This document shows positions 1 to 12,092 of a stretch of 64,000 bases of DNA, one piece after another. The notes beneath the pieces were generated by a model. That model was not told the origin of the DNA. It saw only the letters and a program-made list of their open reading frames with translations, and searched no databases. The stretch comes from Halocafeteria seosinensis (taxonomy: Eukaryota). The stretch lies in contig LVLI01000135.1 in assembly GCA_001687465.1 (NCBI GenBank), positions 1-64,000 on the forward strand. Direction: 5' to 3'. Made by a program: the position numbers and the translations under genes. Each line of letters opens with the position of its first letter. Position 1 is the stretch's first letter.

Positions 1-294
1 TCTGCCGCCTGCACCAACGAGCGAACTCTTATCCAATGCTGCGCCATGAAAGACTAGCATAATAATTACATACCACCATCACATCTCCTCCTCCTAGCAT
101 GTACGGGATAGTTTCATCTTGAACATCCGAGGGCAACCTGCATGAACCACACCAATGCAACGAAAAATGTGGCACCCGTAAAACACCATACTGTCGTCAT
201 ACAACGTGTATATGAACACATACAGCCAGCCCAATTCCTGTGTAGCCCGAACCAGTTCAGGGGAGAGCCCGAGATCTTCGAATCCACCGCTCAT
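1..294 (-). CDS. DDX1: DEAD-box RNA helicase DDX1, 5' exons (gene continues beyond window start)
   Basis: Joining exon 294-224 to exon 137-74 across a GT..AG intron gives MSGGFEDLGLSPELVRATQELGWLLPSDVQDETIPYMLGGGDVMV, a Q-motif N-terminus matching DDX1 ([21 protein letters not shown]). Confidence 0.85.
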
Positions 295-669
295 TTTAGA
301 GGGTATAATCGCACGATTCGCAAGCTATAAGTGTCTTCAGAATCATATATCAGGACATAGCCAATCCTACAGCATACGGGCGTGGCTGGATAAAGCAAGG
401 GAATGAATGAATGGCTCATTTTGGTATCAGAAAAGATTGTCGTGTACAGCCCCATTAAACACGTTTCCTTGTCCATGACCCGCAAGTTTGAAGGGAATGA
501 GGCCACAAATGTAATGCATGTCGTTTTACCCGTGCCGGGAGAGCCCGTAAAGACCAACGAGCCAATAGATTCAGATTGCAGATTGGTTAGCTCTAACGCC
601 CGCGATTTTTTTTTATTACCAGGTAAATTTAATAATTCTTGAAAATATACAAACGTATATTAATTAACG

Positions 670-1850
670 TTATAGTTCTGGTGCGGTGTATCCAATCCAC
701 GTCAAAGCTTTCTTAGCTTCCTCACAAGAGTATTTCCTTCTGCCGCCTCCACGCCACCGTAGCTTCTGAATATCCTTTCAGCAACGCTTATGTATGCTAA
801 GTACTATGCTTGCCATATGTAAAGTCGTCTCGGCTGCCAATTATTTCCAAAGAGTTTGGTTGGAAAGGCAATTGTTTGCCCAGCTTTGAAAGGCGTATTA
901 CCGATCCCGAATTTATCGGTTACAGAAGTATTCCCCGCGACGCAAGCCTCTGAGCCATCCCGAGTGGCACTATCGAAACTGTTCACGAACTCTTGAAGTA
1001 CGGCGGAAGGCATCGCTTCATGGATCCCTGGAACAGAGACAAGCAGTACAACACAACAATCAGACGATCTGAGCTGCAGTCTGAGCGCCCATCGATGTCA
1101 TTTGAGTTCATTCAGCATTGCTAAGAAGAGGTAACGGTTAAAGATCGCGTTAACAAGCTGTATACCAAGCCAGGTTCTTTACTTGAGTGTTAGATTTCGC
1201 TTCAGCCACACTAAACATGGACGAAGGCCTCTCAAATGTGGCGATATTGGGGTTCTGTACCTGCCTGTGAAACTAGCGCTTAAGCACGCTTATTCTTTGT
1301 ATCGAGAAGCAAACTGGCATGCTTCTTATGGGGATATTGCCAATATTTCCAAAGCCAAGTAAGCATTCTTTCAGAGTTCAGGCAATGCCGGTTTATCGGA
1401 CTTCACCTTTGTTGTTGCAGAGCCGTCGACACGGAGAGGACACCTGGATCTCAGAAACATCCACAACTTAAGATCCTGGACATGTATATTCAGGAAATAG
1501 AGGCGAGTTTGATCCATCACTGGAATCTTCATCTACGTTCATCCCATCCTCGGTGTCCATTGGGGAGCCACTTGGAGCCGTTCTTGACGATGCTACATCG
1601 GTACAAAGTCCCGCCGTTCCGCGTAAAATTTTGGAAACAATGTGCCGCAAATATGTCTAACAAGACACGGGATTCCACAACAATCGTCGGTGGGAATTTT
1701 GGCGAAGTACTCGGAAACTACAAAAAGGACATCTTGGGGGGCCAATGGGGGCGAGAGAAGGGTCCCTTCCGTAACTTCAAGGCCTGCACACACAAAAAAC
1801 CCCTTCGGGTGGTTCATTCACCTCCTTGTGATAGGGGATATATTCGCATG
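670..1850 (-). other. Possible multi-exon gene or pseudogene of unknown function
   Basis: Short same-strand ORFs (1593-1817, 1468-1650, 804-1013) with some splice-like sites. I could not build a clean stop-free model or recognise a domain. Confidence 0.25.
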
Positions 1851-1902
1851 GATAGTTGTTGGGGAGGTGTAAGTGATGAATTAGAGTTAGTAGAGAGAGG
1901 CA

Positions 1903-2848
1903 ATGCCGTCGCGGAAAAACAAGAAAAACCAGAGTGGCACGCCGCGGGCGCCTCCCGTAGAAGTGTCCAAGGCTAAACAGGACACTTCAGAAGCTGAAGA
2001 AGAGGCTATTGAGCTGGCAGCTATCGATACGGATGACCAGACACTCGTACGGCGGATTCTAGAGGATGAGTTAGCGGATGTAAGTGTGTACCAGATGACA
2101 ACGTGTGGAGCACAACAACATGGAATGGAAGTATCCACGACGCTATGGCATTGCAGGTGTTGGAGGAGGAAGTGGGGTTCACGCCGAATTTTTCATTGTC
2201 CAATATAAAACTGGTACTCATGACAGTCACGTTGTTTATAGGCGTCATAGCCCACTTTGTACCGAATCCATATGTGGAATCTGCTGTGTCAAATCCTGTC
2301 TATGGCGTTCAAGAGAGACTCGGGAGAATATCATCTTTCCCCTTATTAGACAATAACCAGCTGCTAGGAGCATGCGTCATACTATTCTTTACGCTACAAG
2401 GGATACTACAAGTTATGCAGTGGACGTGGGAGGCTAATTACGTCTACATGTCCCATCCATCGAAGGTGGGTTGTGCTCTGTCAAGTTTCGCTTTATGCAA
2501 GGACTCACGCAAGTATCCTGACTCAACAGACTAAGTTCGGCTCGTTTCCAAGCCTTTATTTCAGAGCATATATGCCGAAAAATAGCTATGACTTCACTGT
2601 GGAAGTGCGGGACAGTAGGAATCATAAACTCGCATCATGGTCGACTACGGCCTACAAGTATTTTACACAAGTAAGCGAGTCGTATCAGTTGGGAGTTTAC
2701 GGTATTTACAAACTTACACGGAGAGATGAATGAACATTGACAGAGCGGTTTCTTCGTTGAGGAAAAATATAGGAAAGACGTTTTTAGTTGGGTTAAGGCT
2801 GAGTTCCCTAAGCTAAAAGGAGGCAACAAGCATGGCAAGGGCTCTTAA
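1903..2848 (+). CDS. SPCS2: Signal peptidase complex subunit 2 (SPC25), multi-exon
   Basis: Spliced product ...IDTDDQTLVRRILEDELAD / VLEEEVGFTPNFSLSNIKLVL... two TM helices ... WSTTAYKYFTQ / SGFFVEEKYRKDV...KGS*. Size, topology and the KYF..SGFFVE end match SPCS2. Confidence 0.8.
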
Positions 2849-3440
2849 TGTTTGACGCAGCTCTTGTGTTGCCTTGTCCTGTTACAGATTCTAGTAGAAC
2901 ACCTCAAATATTATGGAAGTTTTTCTTGTGGCAGGCCGGCAACGATGCTCCTTGCGAAACGATATTCCACATCCCTAGGTCTGTGAAGCGTCTCCATATC
3001 GGCTAGATTGGTACCAAACAGTTGGAGACTGATGTTGAAACTATGTTTCGTGTATCAATAAGTCGTAGTATAGTCCTATACTGTACAATGCAGCCTGTAT
3101 TTGACCGTCTGGAGAAATACTATAACAATGCGTTCCACGCAAACGCACCGACACAAAATACGAATCGCATTTTCTTTACATATCCTTTCAGATAAGCGAG
3201 AATGACTCTCTACCATCGACGAATCGTCCTGCAAGAAACAGTGTGTGTCTCAAGAGCCTAAGCTATCAAACTCGTTCAGTGCATCAGAAGTTGTGAAGCT
3301 CATGCGAGGCTGCCAAAGCAAGCCTTTTGCACAAAGTAGATGTATTGGAGTTGGTTGGGCACAGCTCAGACCAATGGTTTTGTGGGTTCGAAAAACTCCC
3401 TTTGTTGTAGCTTAGTTTGCAGTTGAACGAGTCGTAAAAA

Positions 3441-6400
3441 ATGGAGGTGGAACAGCCAGCGACAACCCTGTACAGACGCCCGGAACAGCGCAAAGGCGTC
3501 CGAGAGCTCATGGGACTCTCCCACGATGGTTCAGCCGCGGCCGAAGCGAAAGATGACGAGGACACTTCCTCCCCAGACCAAGCAAAGCAAACTCAGAAGG
3601 GGGAAGCCAAGGACGAAAAATTAGGATGGGTCAAAGGAGTCTTCATTCCTGTCACATTGAATATCCTCGGCGTGATTATGTTTCTCAGACTAAGTTGGTA
3701 CGAGGAATCGAAAAATCGATTTGTGGATGTTAATTTTACTTACTTGCTTCTCCTGGGCTTGCAGGGTAGGTGGTCAAGCTGGATTAATTGGTGGGACAAT
3801 TATCATCCTTCTGTCCAACTTCGTCACCGTAATTACCACACTGTCCTTGAGTGCCATAGTCAGCAATGGAGAGGTTCAAGGTGGAGGAGCGTACTACCTC
3901 ATCTCGAGGTCTCTCGGTCCTGCGTTCGGAGGGTAAGTGTAATGCATAATCATGTCCCCTTGATTGCTGGTATCTCCATAGCCATGGAAGGCGGTATGTT
4001 TGACATCTGCAGATCTATTGGAATCTTGTTCTTTCTTGGTCAAAGCATGGCCACGTCCCTGTATGTCATCGGTTTTGCCGAGAGTGTGGTTGAGCTGTAC
4101 ACATCTGTAAGTATAGTGCATGCGACGGCTATCTAGACTATACCGCCGAGCAACCGATCCTCATGGTTATTTTGTGCCACAGGAAGGAGCGGAGTTGATT
4201 ACGGGTTCCATCATTGATGATCAACGTATTGTAGGATTTGTGGCAGCAACTGCAGTTTTACTAGTGTCTCTTATTGGAATTGGCTGGTATGCGAAAACTC
4301 AAACAGCTCTCCTTGCGATACTGCTTGTGTCTGTTGGAAGCGTATATGTAGGAGCATTCTTCCCTGCTATTCCTGACGAAACCGAAAATGAAACTGAAGG
4401 GTTTGTGGGTTTTCAAGATAATGATATTCCTTGGACGAGCAAGTACACAACAGATTTGACAACTAATGTCCAGTATGACTTCCTGTCTGTCTTCAGTGTT
4501 TTTTTTCCAGCTGTGACAGGGATAATGGCCGGGGCAAATATAAGCGGAGATCTGAAAAATCCCTCAACGGCAATCCCAAAAGGTACCTTGAGTGCAGTGG
4601 GTTTGACTTCAATAGTTTATCTATTGATACTGTGGTTCTTGGCATTAACGTGCCTTCGATGTGTTGGCGAGGCTTGCTCGGATATTACTGTTGGTGGTCA
4701 AGTTCTTGCGTACGGAAGTAAGGCGTGGGCCGATGCTATTTCCTCCGGAAGGGTAGCAGAGCCAGAAGGGGGATTGGCCTTTAGCCCGCTAATTATGGCG
4801 AATGTGTCACTTTGGAGACCGCTGGTATACATTGGAGTGTACGCTGCGACGCTCTCATCTGCGCTAGCATCCCTGGTAGGCGCTCCCCGCATCTTACAAG
4901 CAGTGGCGATTGACAAGTTGTATCCCTCTGCCGCGATATATTATTTTTCTCAGTATGGCCCGGGACCGAACCCCGAAAATATTGCGAATGTGCTCCGATG
5001 CAATTGGAAAGCAAGTCATTCAAATAAGGGAAACTCCAGCACGAGCGATTCCCAATTTTCTCGACCTCCATTGGCGAGTGACAAGATTGCTTACCCTCAC
5101 ACTTACGTGCATGGGAAACATGTACAGGCCCAACACGAAGATGTAGAGGGTACTACCCAGAAAAGTGTAACCGTCTCGGGTGCTGTACCTTCTCCCGTCA
5201 GGGGCTACTTCTTGACATATATCATTACCCTTGCCTGCATTTCTGCGGGTGATCTGAATCGAGTGGCACCACTGATAAGCAATTTTTTCATGTTGTGTTA
5301 TGCACTCACAAATTTTGCTTGCTTCCGTGCTTCTATGAGTGCAATGCCAGGATGGAGGCCGAGCTTTAGGTTCTACAACCGCTACTTGTCTCTCGTTGGC
5401 GCCATTGTATGCATCGTTCTAATATTCGCTTTAGAATGGATAACTGCTCTAGTCTCAGTTACTTTGGGAGGGGTTCTCTATAAGTACATTGAATGGACGG
5501 ACCCAGCGATCAATTGGGGGCCTGCCAGTGATGCTGCGAGATACTTGACTGCCATTAGCGCCTTGTACAAACTACGAAAAATTAAGACTGACGCAACCGG
5601 CCGTGGTCACGTCAAGACGTTCCGTCCTTCCTATCTCGTAATGACAAAAGATCCGAGATCTGTTACAGGGAAGTGTTTGATAACTTTCGTGTCGAAACTA
5701 TACAAGGGTCGGGGAGTATCCTTAATCGCTCAAGTGTTAGAGGCACCCATCCAGGATCTCCGAAAGCCGGAGGGAATGAGTTCGTTGGAGAGTACTTCAT
5801 GTAGCTTGGCCTTACGACAAAGACTTCGTAATCAGCGTTTCTTGGATAGAGCTGCCCAGAATAGCACAGATAGCGTACGTTCTGAGAAGGGAGATGTTAA
5901 TAGTACTAGCACGTTTACTTCTCCGAACAGTGTACCTATCGAAGTCGAAGGCGAGGAGAATGAGGATGATGAGAATCCAACATTTCATACTCAAAACAAG
6001 CGGAGTCCAAACTTTCGAGGATCCAATGGGTTAGATGCACTGAGGTTAACGGAAAAGCAACGATCTTTGCTCATAGCGGAAACAGTTACTGCTCCTCATC
6101 CCGTGGAGGGGTTGGCTAACTTCCTTCAGCTGGGAGGTATAGGACCCTTGAGACCTAATACAGTTGTATTGGGATTTCCTGAAGCTTGGATGTTCGGTAA
6201 ATCGCAGACCTCCGGTACAGCGGAAGAAGAAGATGGCAAAGCAGAAGTTGTAAAACGTGTCTCTGAATACGAGTCCATGCAATGGAACTCGTTCACCGCC
6301 GGTCTGGCTATCATGACATTACGTGATACAAACTTTCAACTTCTTGATGGGATTTTACCCTCAGAACGGCGTCGTATGTGTAGCTGTATGAACCACCGTG

Positions 6401-7104
6401 AGACAGTCGACAACGTGAATGAAGGAACAAAAGTTCCGACGATTGACGTGTGGTGGCTAGAGGACGAAGGAGGTCTAGCCGTGCTGATACCATACTTACT
6501 TAACCAAAACCCCCAGTATCGAGATCACAAAATACGAGTCTTCACGGTTGGAGCCCCGGATAGCTCGTCTAATGACGCGACAGTCGATGCAAGGCACAGG
6601 TCTGTCAAACTAGGAAATCTTCTAACGAAATTAAGGATAAAAGCCGATTATGTCAGCTATAAATCAGCCTTAGATTCCATCAGTGGGTACTCAATCCAGT
6701 TGTTCGAAGCTCTTTACCCTGGAATATTGCAAGATAAATCCCAGAACGAGGAACAGCGTTCTGAAACGAAAGATGTGAACCATCTTAATGAGTCTTTGGC
6801 AAAGAATTGTTACGAGACAGTGATGAACAGTGGAGGAGTGGTCAACTTAGAGCCAGAGTTAGGGCACTTAGATAAGAGTATGAAGAATCGATTGGACTTG
6901 GAAACACGAAGAGTTATCCGCGCGGGCGAATTGATGAGACAGGAATCTGCCGAGGCGTCGATAGTATTTGCCGTGCTACCGTATCCGCGTCGTTACCAAC
7001 CAGTTGGCCTTTTGACTGCGTGGTCTGAGATCCTTTCGCTGAACTTACCTCCGACAGTGCTTCTCCGGGGAAATGGAGATCCTGTTGTTACACTAGATGC
7101 TTAG
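3441..7104 (+). CDS. SLC12 cation-chloride cotransporter (NKCC/KCC/CCC family), three short 5' introns then a long exon
   Basis: [100 protein letters not shown]-terminal LLRGNG. Confidence 0.95.
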
Positions 7105-7239
7105 TTTCAGTATCCCGGCGCTACTCTTGTACAATGTGCATTTGTAAAATTATAAGAGTCTTATTCCAATACCTACTCTGGTGTGAAAACCATTGAGCGT
7201 TCACGTTATTTCAGCTTTTGCGATAAAGACTTGAGACTG

Positions 7240-7745
7240 AGGAGATACAGTAAGCTAAGCGCGGCCATCTGTTGGGACGAAGAACACGCAGGAAGCCGGC
7301 TGGACAGACACGACGCAATCAGAGATTCCATAGCAGGATTTCTCACGTACTGGGGAATGTGGGCGAAGATAGAGCAGTGGATAAGCGCAACCACGAAGAG
7401 AAGATCCGATGTGGAGGTAATGCAGCCAGAGGGTATATACGTGATTGACGTCACGGTCACCCATCCCTCAATGCTCCTCCACCAGCAACACCTCAAATCG
7501 ACGTACGCCACGCTGATAAGGGACAAGCTGGCAAGGGAGGCAGAGAAGCTCTTTATTCCATTCGTCTACCAAGCCTAGGGAGGGATGGGCTCAACAGCGC
7601 TTACCTTTTTGGAAGAGCTGCATGATAGGCCGTCTAATCTCAGGTAACGGATCCGGTCCTTTTTGTCAGGGATCTCGACTGCGCCTAAGCTGTTTGGTGC
7701 AGAGGAGCAATTGTAGGATGCTGCGCAAGTGGTTGCGTTTAGCAA
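7240..7745 (+). mobile_element. Degenerate 3' relic of a non-LTR retrotransposon, restriction-like endonuclease (RLE) domain, CRE/R2-like
   Basis: RHDAIRD...E...RRSDV...VIDVTVTHP...FIPFVYQA*GGMGSTALTFL and, in another frame, RLSCLVQRSNCRML. These follow the RHD / R-x-D / IDVTV / F-P-F...GG-G / RLS..QR.N motif order of RLE non-LTR C-termini. In-frame stop at 7576-7578 plus a frameshift; no RT domain remains. Confidence 0.75.
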
Positions 7746-8033
7746 TGCCCAATACAGCATATGAGGAGAGGCGTAGCCTCGGCAAACGGGCACTTACTAT
7801 AGCTGAAGTTGAACACACACACATCGTTAGGTACCCTGGCCGTTTCCGGCTGAGAAAAATCGCGAGATTTTTTTTTTTCACAGAGTTCTACGGCGAATAG
7901 ATAATATATTAGATATACGCTCCATACATTACTAATCGATGGCGTTGTTAGTGGTTGGTCTACAATTGATGGTAGCTTCAAAGTCTCCACACACTAAAGT
8001 CTGCGTAGAAACTTGATACAGTAACTGTGCGCG

Positions 8034-9539
8034 ATGTCTGAGAAAGAACAGGCCGGTGCCAAGAACAAGGAAATCCCAAAGCCAAGAAACGGGGATCCAT
8101 CGAAAACCAAAGGTAAAGATGAGGCCTCAGGGGAAACTAAAAGAGAAACAGCCCGTACAACGACGACATCATCAAAGACTGTAGCTGAAGGAGCGGCAGC
8201 TTGTACAGATAGTGGGGCAAGTGATACCAAGAAAAGTGACCGGCAGGCGCTTCCGGGTGAGAACAAGAAAAACCCAACGCCAAGAAACGGGGATTCATAA
8301 AAACCAAAGGTAAAGATGAGGTCTCAGGGAAAACTAAGGGAGAAGCAGCTCGTACAACGACGACTTCTTCAAAGACTGTAGGCCAAGTGATGCGAAGAAC
8401 AAGACGTCGTCAAAGACTGTAACTAGTAAAACGGAAGGGCAGACGGTAGATACTGGCGACAACAGTCGAAAGTGACATCAAATGAAGGTGCCAAAAACCA
8501 ACCAGCAACGACAAAAAGTAAAGAAGATTCTGCTGAAGGAGACAAGGCAGAAGACAACCAATGTGAAAGCAAGGACGCAAAGCCGCAAGAATATGTCTTC
8601 CTGTTTCGAGGCGTACACTTCAATCTGGATGAATTCGGGGAAGCTGAAGACGATTGGCGGATAAACGCCATCCGTAAAGAGAAGTGCGGTGGCCGTTTAC
8701 CACTGTTTTCTCGTCATCTCCTGCCTGTTGACAAGTTGATAAAATGGTACGAAGAACGAGATCGAGACGATTCGGCGGAACCGCTCCCAATTCCTACTTG
8801 CGATGAAGAAACGTTTTTTGAGCGGTGGTCAAGCCTTAACCCAGATAATCGCTGGCAACTTCTTACGGACTATTGGCAGAGTAAAAGATATTCTGTATTC
8901 CATGAAATTGTGAACCTTGGATACTGTCGGAACACCCCTGGCACTCCTTTGCTGAAAGCCAAGGATGCTTTATTGGGTAAAGAGGGGAGGGGGAATCCGT
9001 TTACATATTTCATGCAGCCGTGGGCTAAAGAATGCCCTTCTAGCTGCAGCAGGCCATCTAGACCGCAACCCTGCTAAGGCCAGACTTCGTAACGTGGCAC
9101 AATCCGACAAGGCTGTTGGAAGAGTTTACATCATTAAAATGCCACGCAGCGTTTATGAGAGAAAGATAGAAAATTGCGAGATAGTGCTTAAACCTGCCAC
9201 TGCTGAGAGAGAACGTACCGACATCGCAACGATAACCTCGGGAATGGAAGAACTGTCCGTCCGTACTGTATGAGCAGCCAGGTGGCAAAAGATGAAGCAG
9301 CCTTTGTGGGCAAGGTTCCGCAAGAATACGTAGTTGGATCTATGGACATTGTTGGAATCGAGCAGGAAGACTTGGATCAACGCTTCTCGGGAGTAAGAAG
9401 ACGGCAGAAAATTCTACGGACTGTGAATAGCAACTTTAACAATAACAGTTACAAGTACTATCTTGAGTATGATCCCCCGTCAGGACACAACTACAATGAC
9501 GACTGGAAGGAGTATTTGGAACTTAAACAGGACCAGTAG
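8034..9539 (+). pseudogene. Frameshifted gene: repetitive K/T/S/E-rich N-terminus plus putative R-S-E ADP-ribosyltransferase (enterotoxin A/pertussis S1-like) domain
   Basis: Consecutive ORFs 8034-8300, 8472-9077, 8965-9273 and 9270-9539 join by frameshifts into VFLFRG ... GNPF/ISCSRGLKNALLAA ... GRVYIIKMP ... KDEAAFVGKVPQEYVVG. Confidence 0.55.
8063..8381 (+). repeat. Imperfect direct repeat, about 120 bp unit, 198 bp period; partial third copy near 8401-8424
   Basis: gaacaag..ccaagaaacggggat..aaaaccaaaggtaaagatgagg..cgtacaacgacgac..tcaaagactgtag at 8063-8184 and 8261-8381. Confidence 0.9.
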
Positions 9540-9664
9540 CAGTATTGCCAAGTTCGCACTGGGGCAAAACGAGCTACATAGTTAGTCCCCTGTAGGGTGT
9601 TTGTCCGCTTTGGTGTTACTATCGCGAGAAATTACAAGATATATTCTTTATTGAAGGAAGAAAG

Positions 9665-12092
9665 TTATCGAAATAAGGCATCATACTCATCTTTATCAGA
9701 CTTCTTTGCTCCAAACGTCGGTTTCGCAAAAGGATCTTGATTCATCTCACCACCCACATCATCATCCGTATCATCCCGAAGCCACGGAGGTAAATCATCT
9801 GGTGCATTGCTACTACTGGCGCCGACATTTTGTTTCGAATTGTGATTGTGTCCTTGGTTGTTATTTTGCGTTAGCGTCGCAAGCAGTTCTGCATCCCCAT
9901 CGCTCCCGTCAAAGTCCTCATCGTACTCGTCTTCGTTTCCAGAGTCAGCCAAATTAGAATAGTCCACATTAGCCAATCCACGATTGCTACTACCTTGGAC
10001 GTCCTGAGCATTCGGCTGTCTTCCATGGAATTGTACGTGAGAGATCTTACCACTCTCATCATGACTATTGTCCTGGGATTCATCAGGATGGTGAACTCTA
10101 GATCCCTGGTTGGCTTTCACCTGATTCAAAGATGCCTTTTTGTACCATGAGGGCATCTCCTTTCCCAAGGAGGATTCCTTTGAGTCTTCCACATCACCTT
10201 TCTCTTCCGGCGGCTCAACGGTGTGCGAGGCAACCTGTGACTGTTGCGTCTGTCTTCGCCGTGTTTCTTTTTCTTGAAGCTGCTGAACAACACTATGCTG
10301 TTGCGCAGGGTTCTGACTTTGAGCATTCCGGGCGTTCGCCTCGGCGAGTTGCTTCTCCAAGTGCTGGATATGCTCGAAGAGCTGTTGTCTTTCTTGCGTC
10401 CATTCTTGCTCCGCTGCACGGAATACATGCACTGGCACGTAGTTGTTGTCGTCCTTCTTTTTCTTTCCGGAGGGAGAATTCGCCGGGCTCGACTGGGCTG
10501 ATGAGGACGGAGTAGCGTGCTTGGAGCCGGCTCCACCTTTCTTACCTTGTTGTTGCTTTAGGTTCCGCAGTTTAGCCTTCAGATCCCGATTCTGATCAAC
10601 AGTATTCATTAGACGCTCTCGTTGTTTATCATAATCTTGCTTCGCTTTCGCTTCGTTTGCTTGGGCTGCTCTTAGGCGTTCCTTCAACGAGCGGACATCT
10701 TCCGACATGGCTGCCAGACGCTGGGGAAATTCTGAATTAGCTTGGTCTTGTTCATCGATTTTACGCACAAGCTGACGCTGCATATTCCGTAGAGCTTTGT
10801 TTTCGTCGGCCATCGCAGCCAACTGACGCTGAAGATCGCGCTTTTCATTCTCCATGTTCATTATTTGATCCGTTGCAAAGGCCCTTTCAACCTGTTCTTT
10901 CTTAGATTGCAATGACTTTCTCATACCCTCTAGTTTTTTCGTCAGATTCCTAATTTGTTTGTCTTTGTTTGAAAGCTCTGTTAGTAACCGTCTCCTCTCC
11001 GCGTTTGCCCCCTCACTGCCTTGTTTACTTCCGACACTGTCGCGACGCTGAGCTCCGAAAGCCCGGGCTTCCTCCAGCTGGCTGTTCAGTTGTTGCACTT
11101 GACGCCTCAATGCTTGGTTTGCTAAGCGAAGTTTCTGTAGTGTTTCTTCTGGAGATTCCGTACTCCTGTCTATATGTGGTCGGCCATTTCTTTCTCTGGA
11201 AGGTTCGTCTCCTTCAAAAGTCGCAAGGCCCATTTCGTTGCCACCGCTGTGCCGCGATGACCGTCCAGACCGTTGTGACAACGGAGCTCTGGACGAACCA
11301 TCATCTGCATACCACATTCGTTTACGAAACAGCAACAGACAGTGATTCCCGGCTGTTTCCAGCCCGCCCTCTTGCATTCAACTTACCACCACGTTCTCGT
11401 CTTGAGAGTGAAAGGTCTGCGGCCGCATCCAAAATCAAAAATCAATGATATAGAACTAATACATAGGGTGGAAATCCCACTCACCATGTTCTTTTCGGTC
11501 ACTATTTCCTGAACGCAATTCGCGCGGTGGTCCTCCTCCTCCAACGCCACCGCCCGAAGGCTTCAGTTCTCGGGTCTGCATGCAGTTCCAGGTAGCAGTC
11601 ACTCAAAACACCAACCAACATACGAACATGTTCTTCGACATATCTATCTACCAACACCGGTGTGAGGACTTGTGGAAGTCAATGCGCGTAAAGTCGGGCT
11701 CTGTCGCAAGACGAGCTATGACCGATGCGACCTCCCAACGGAACACCCCCGTGCCGAGGTGCCTTTACCCAAAGCTGAACTAACGCGGTGGAAAACAAAC
11801 TTACCAGGCGTGTTTTCTGGTTCCCCTGCATGGTAGGAGAGTGACCATTTTGGTTGCCGTTGCCTCCTCTGTGCTCAGTGGTCTTAGTCCCATTCATGAC
11901 TGCATTGGTGTCGGTAGCATCGGCATAGCCGTTGTTGTGATGAGCATCTTCGTCGACTACTTCGTGTTGCATATGTTCATTGCTCTTTGTTTGCTGACCT
12001 TGGGCGGCTATAGCGTCGGCTCCTTCAAAGTCGCTCCCATAGTCGTCCTCCTCCTCATCACCTGAGCTTTCTGGGTAAGGAATAGCAGACAT
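9665..12092 (-). CDS. Lebercilin (LCA5)-like coiled-coil protein, multi-exon
   Basis: Likely ATG at 12092 (MSAIPYPESSGDEEE). The final long exon has ENKALRNMQRQLVRKIDEQDQANSEFPQRLAAMSEDVRSLKERLR, resembling the lebercilin domain. Donor-like sites near 11800 and 11482. Confidence 0.6.

Noticed and set aside
1095..1110. In-frame TGA (MLNELK*HRWAL, minus strand) as selenocysteine
   Set aside because: No selenoprotein motif or SECIS seen, and the gene model is unresolved.
8977..9017. 41-nt GT..AG intron that might repair the ART-like frameshift
   Set aside because: Splicing gives an immediate stop (gcc gtg ggc taa) and removes the GNPF/ISCS motif.
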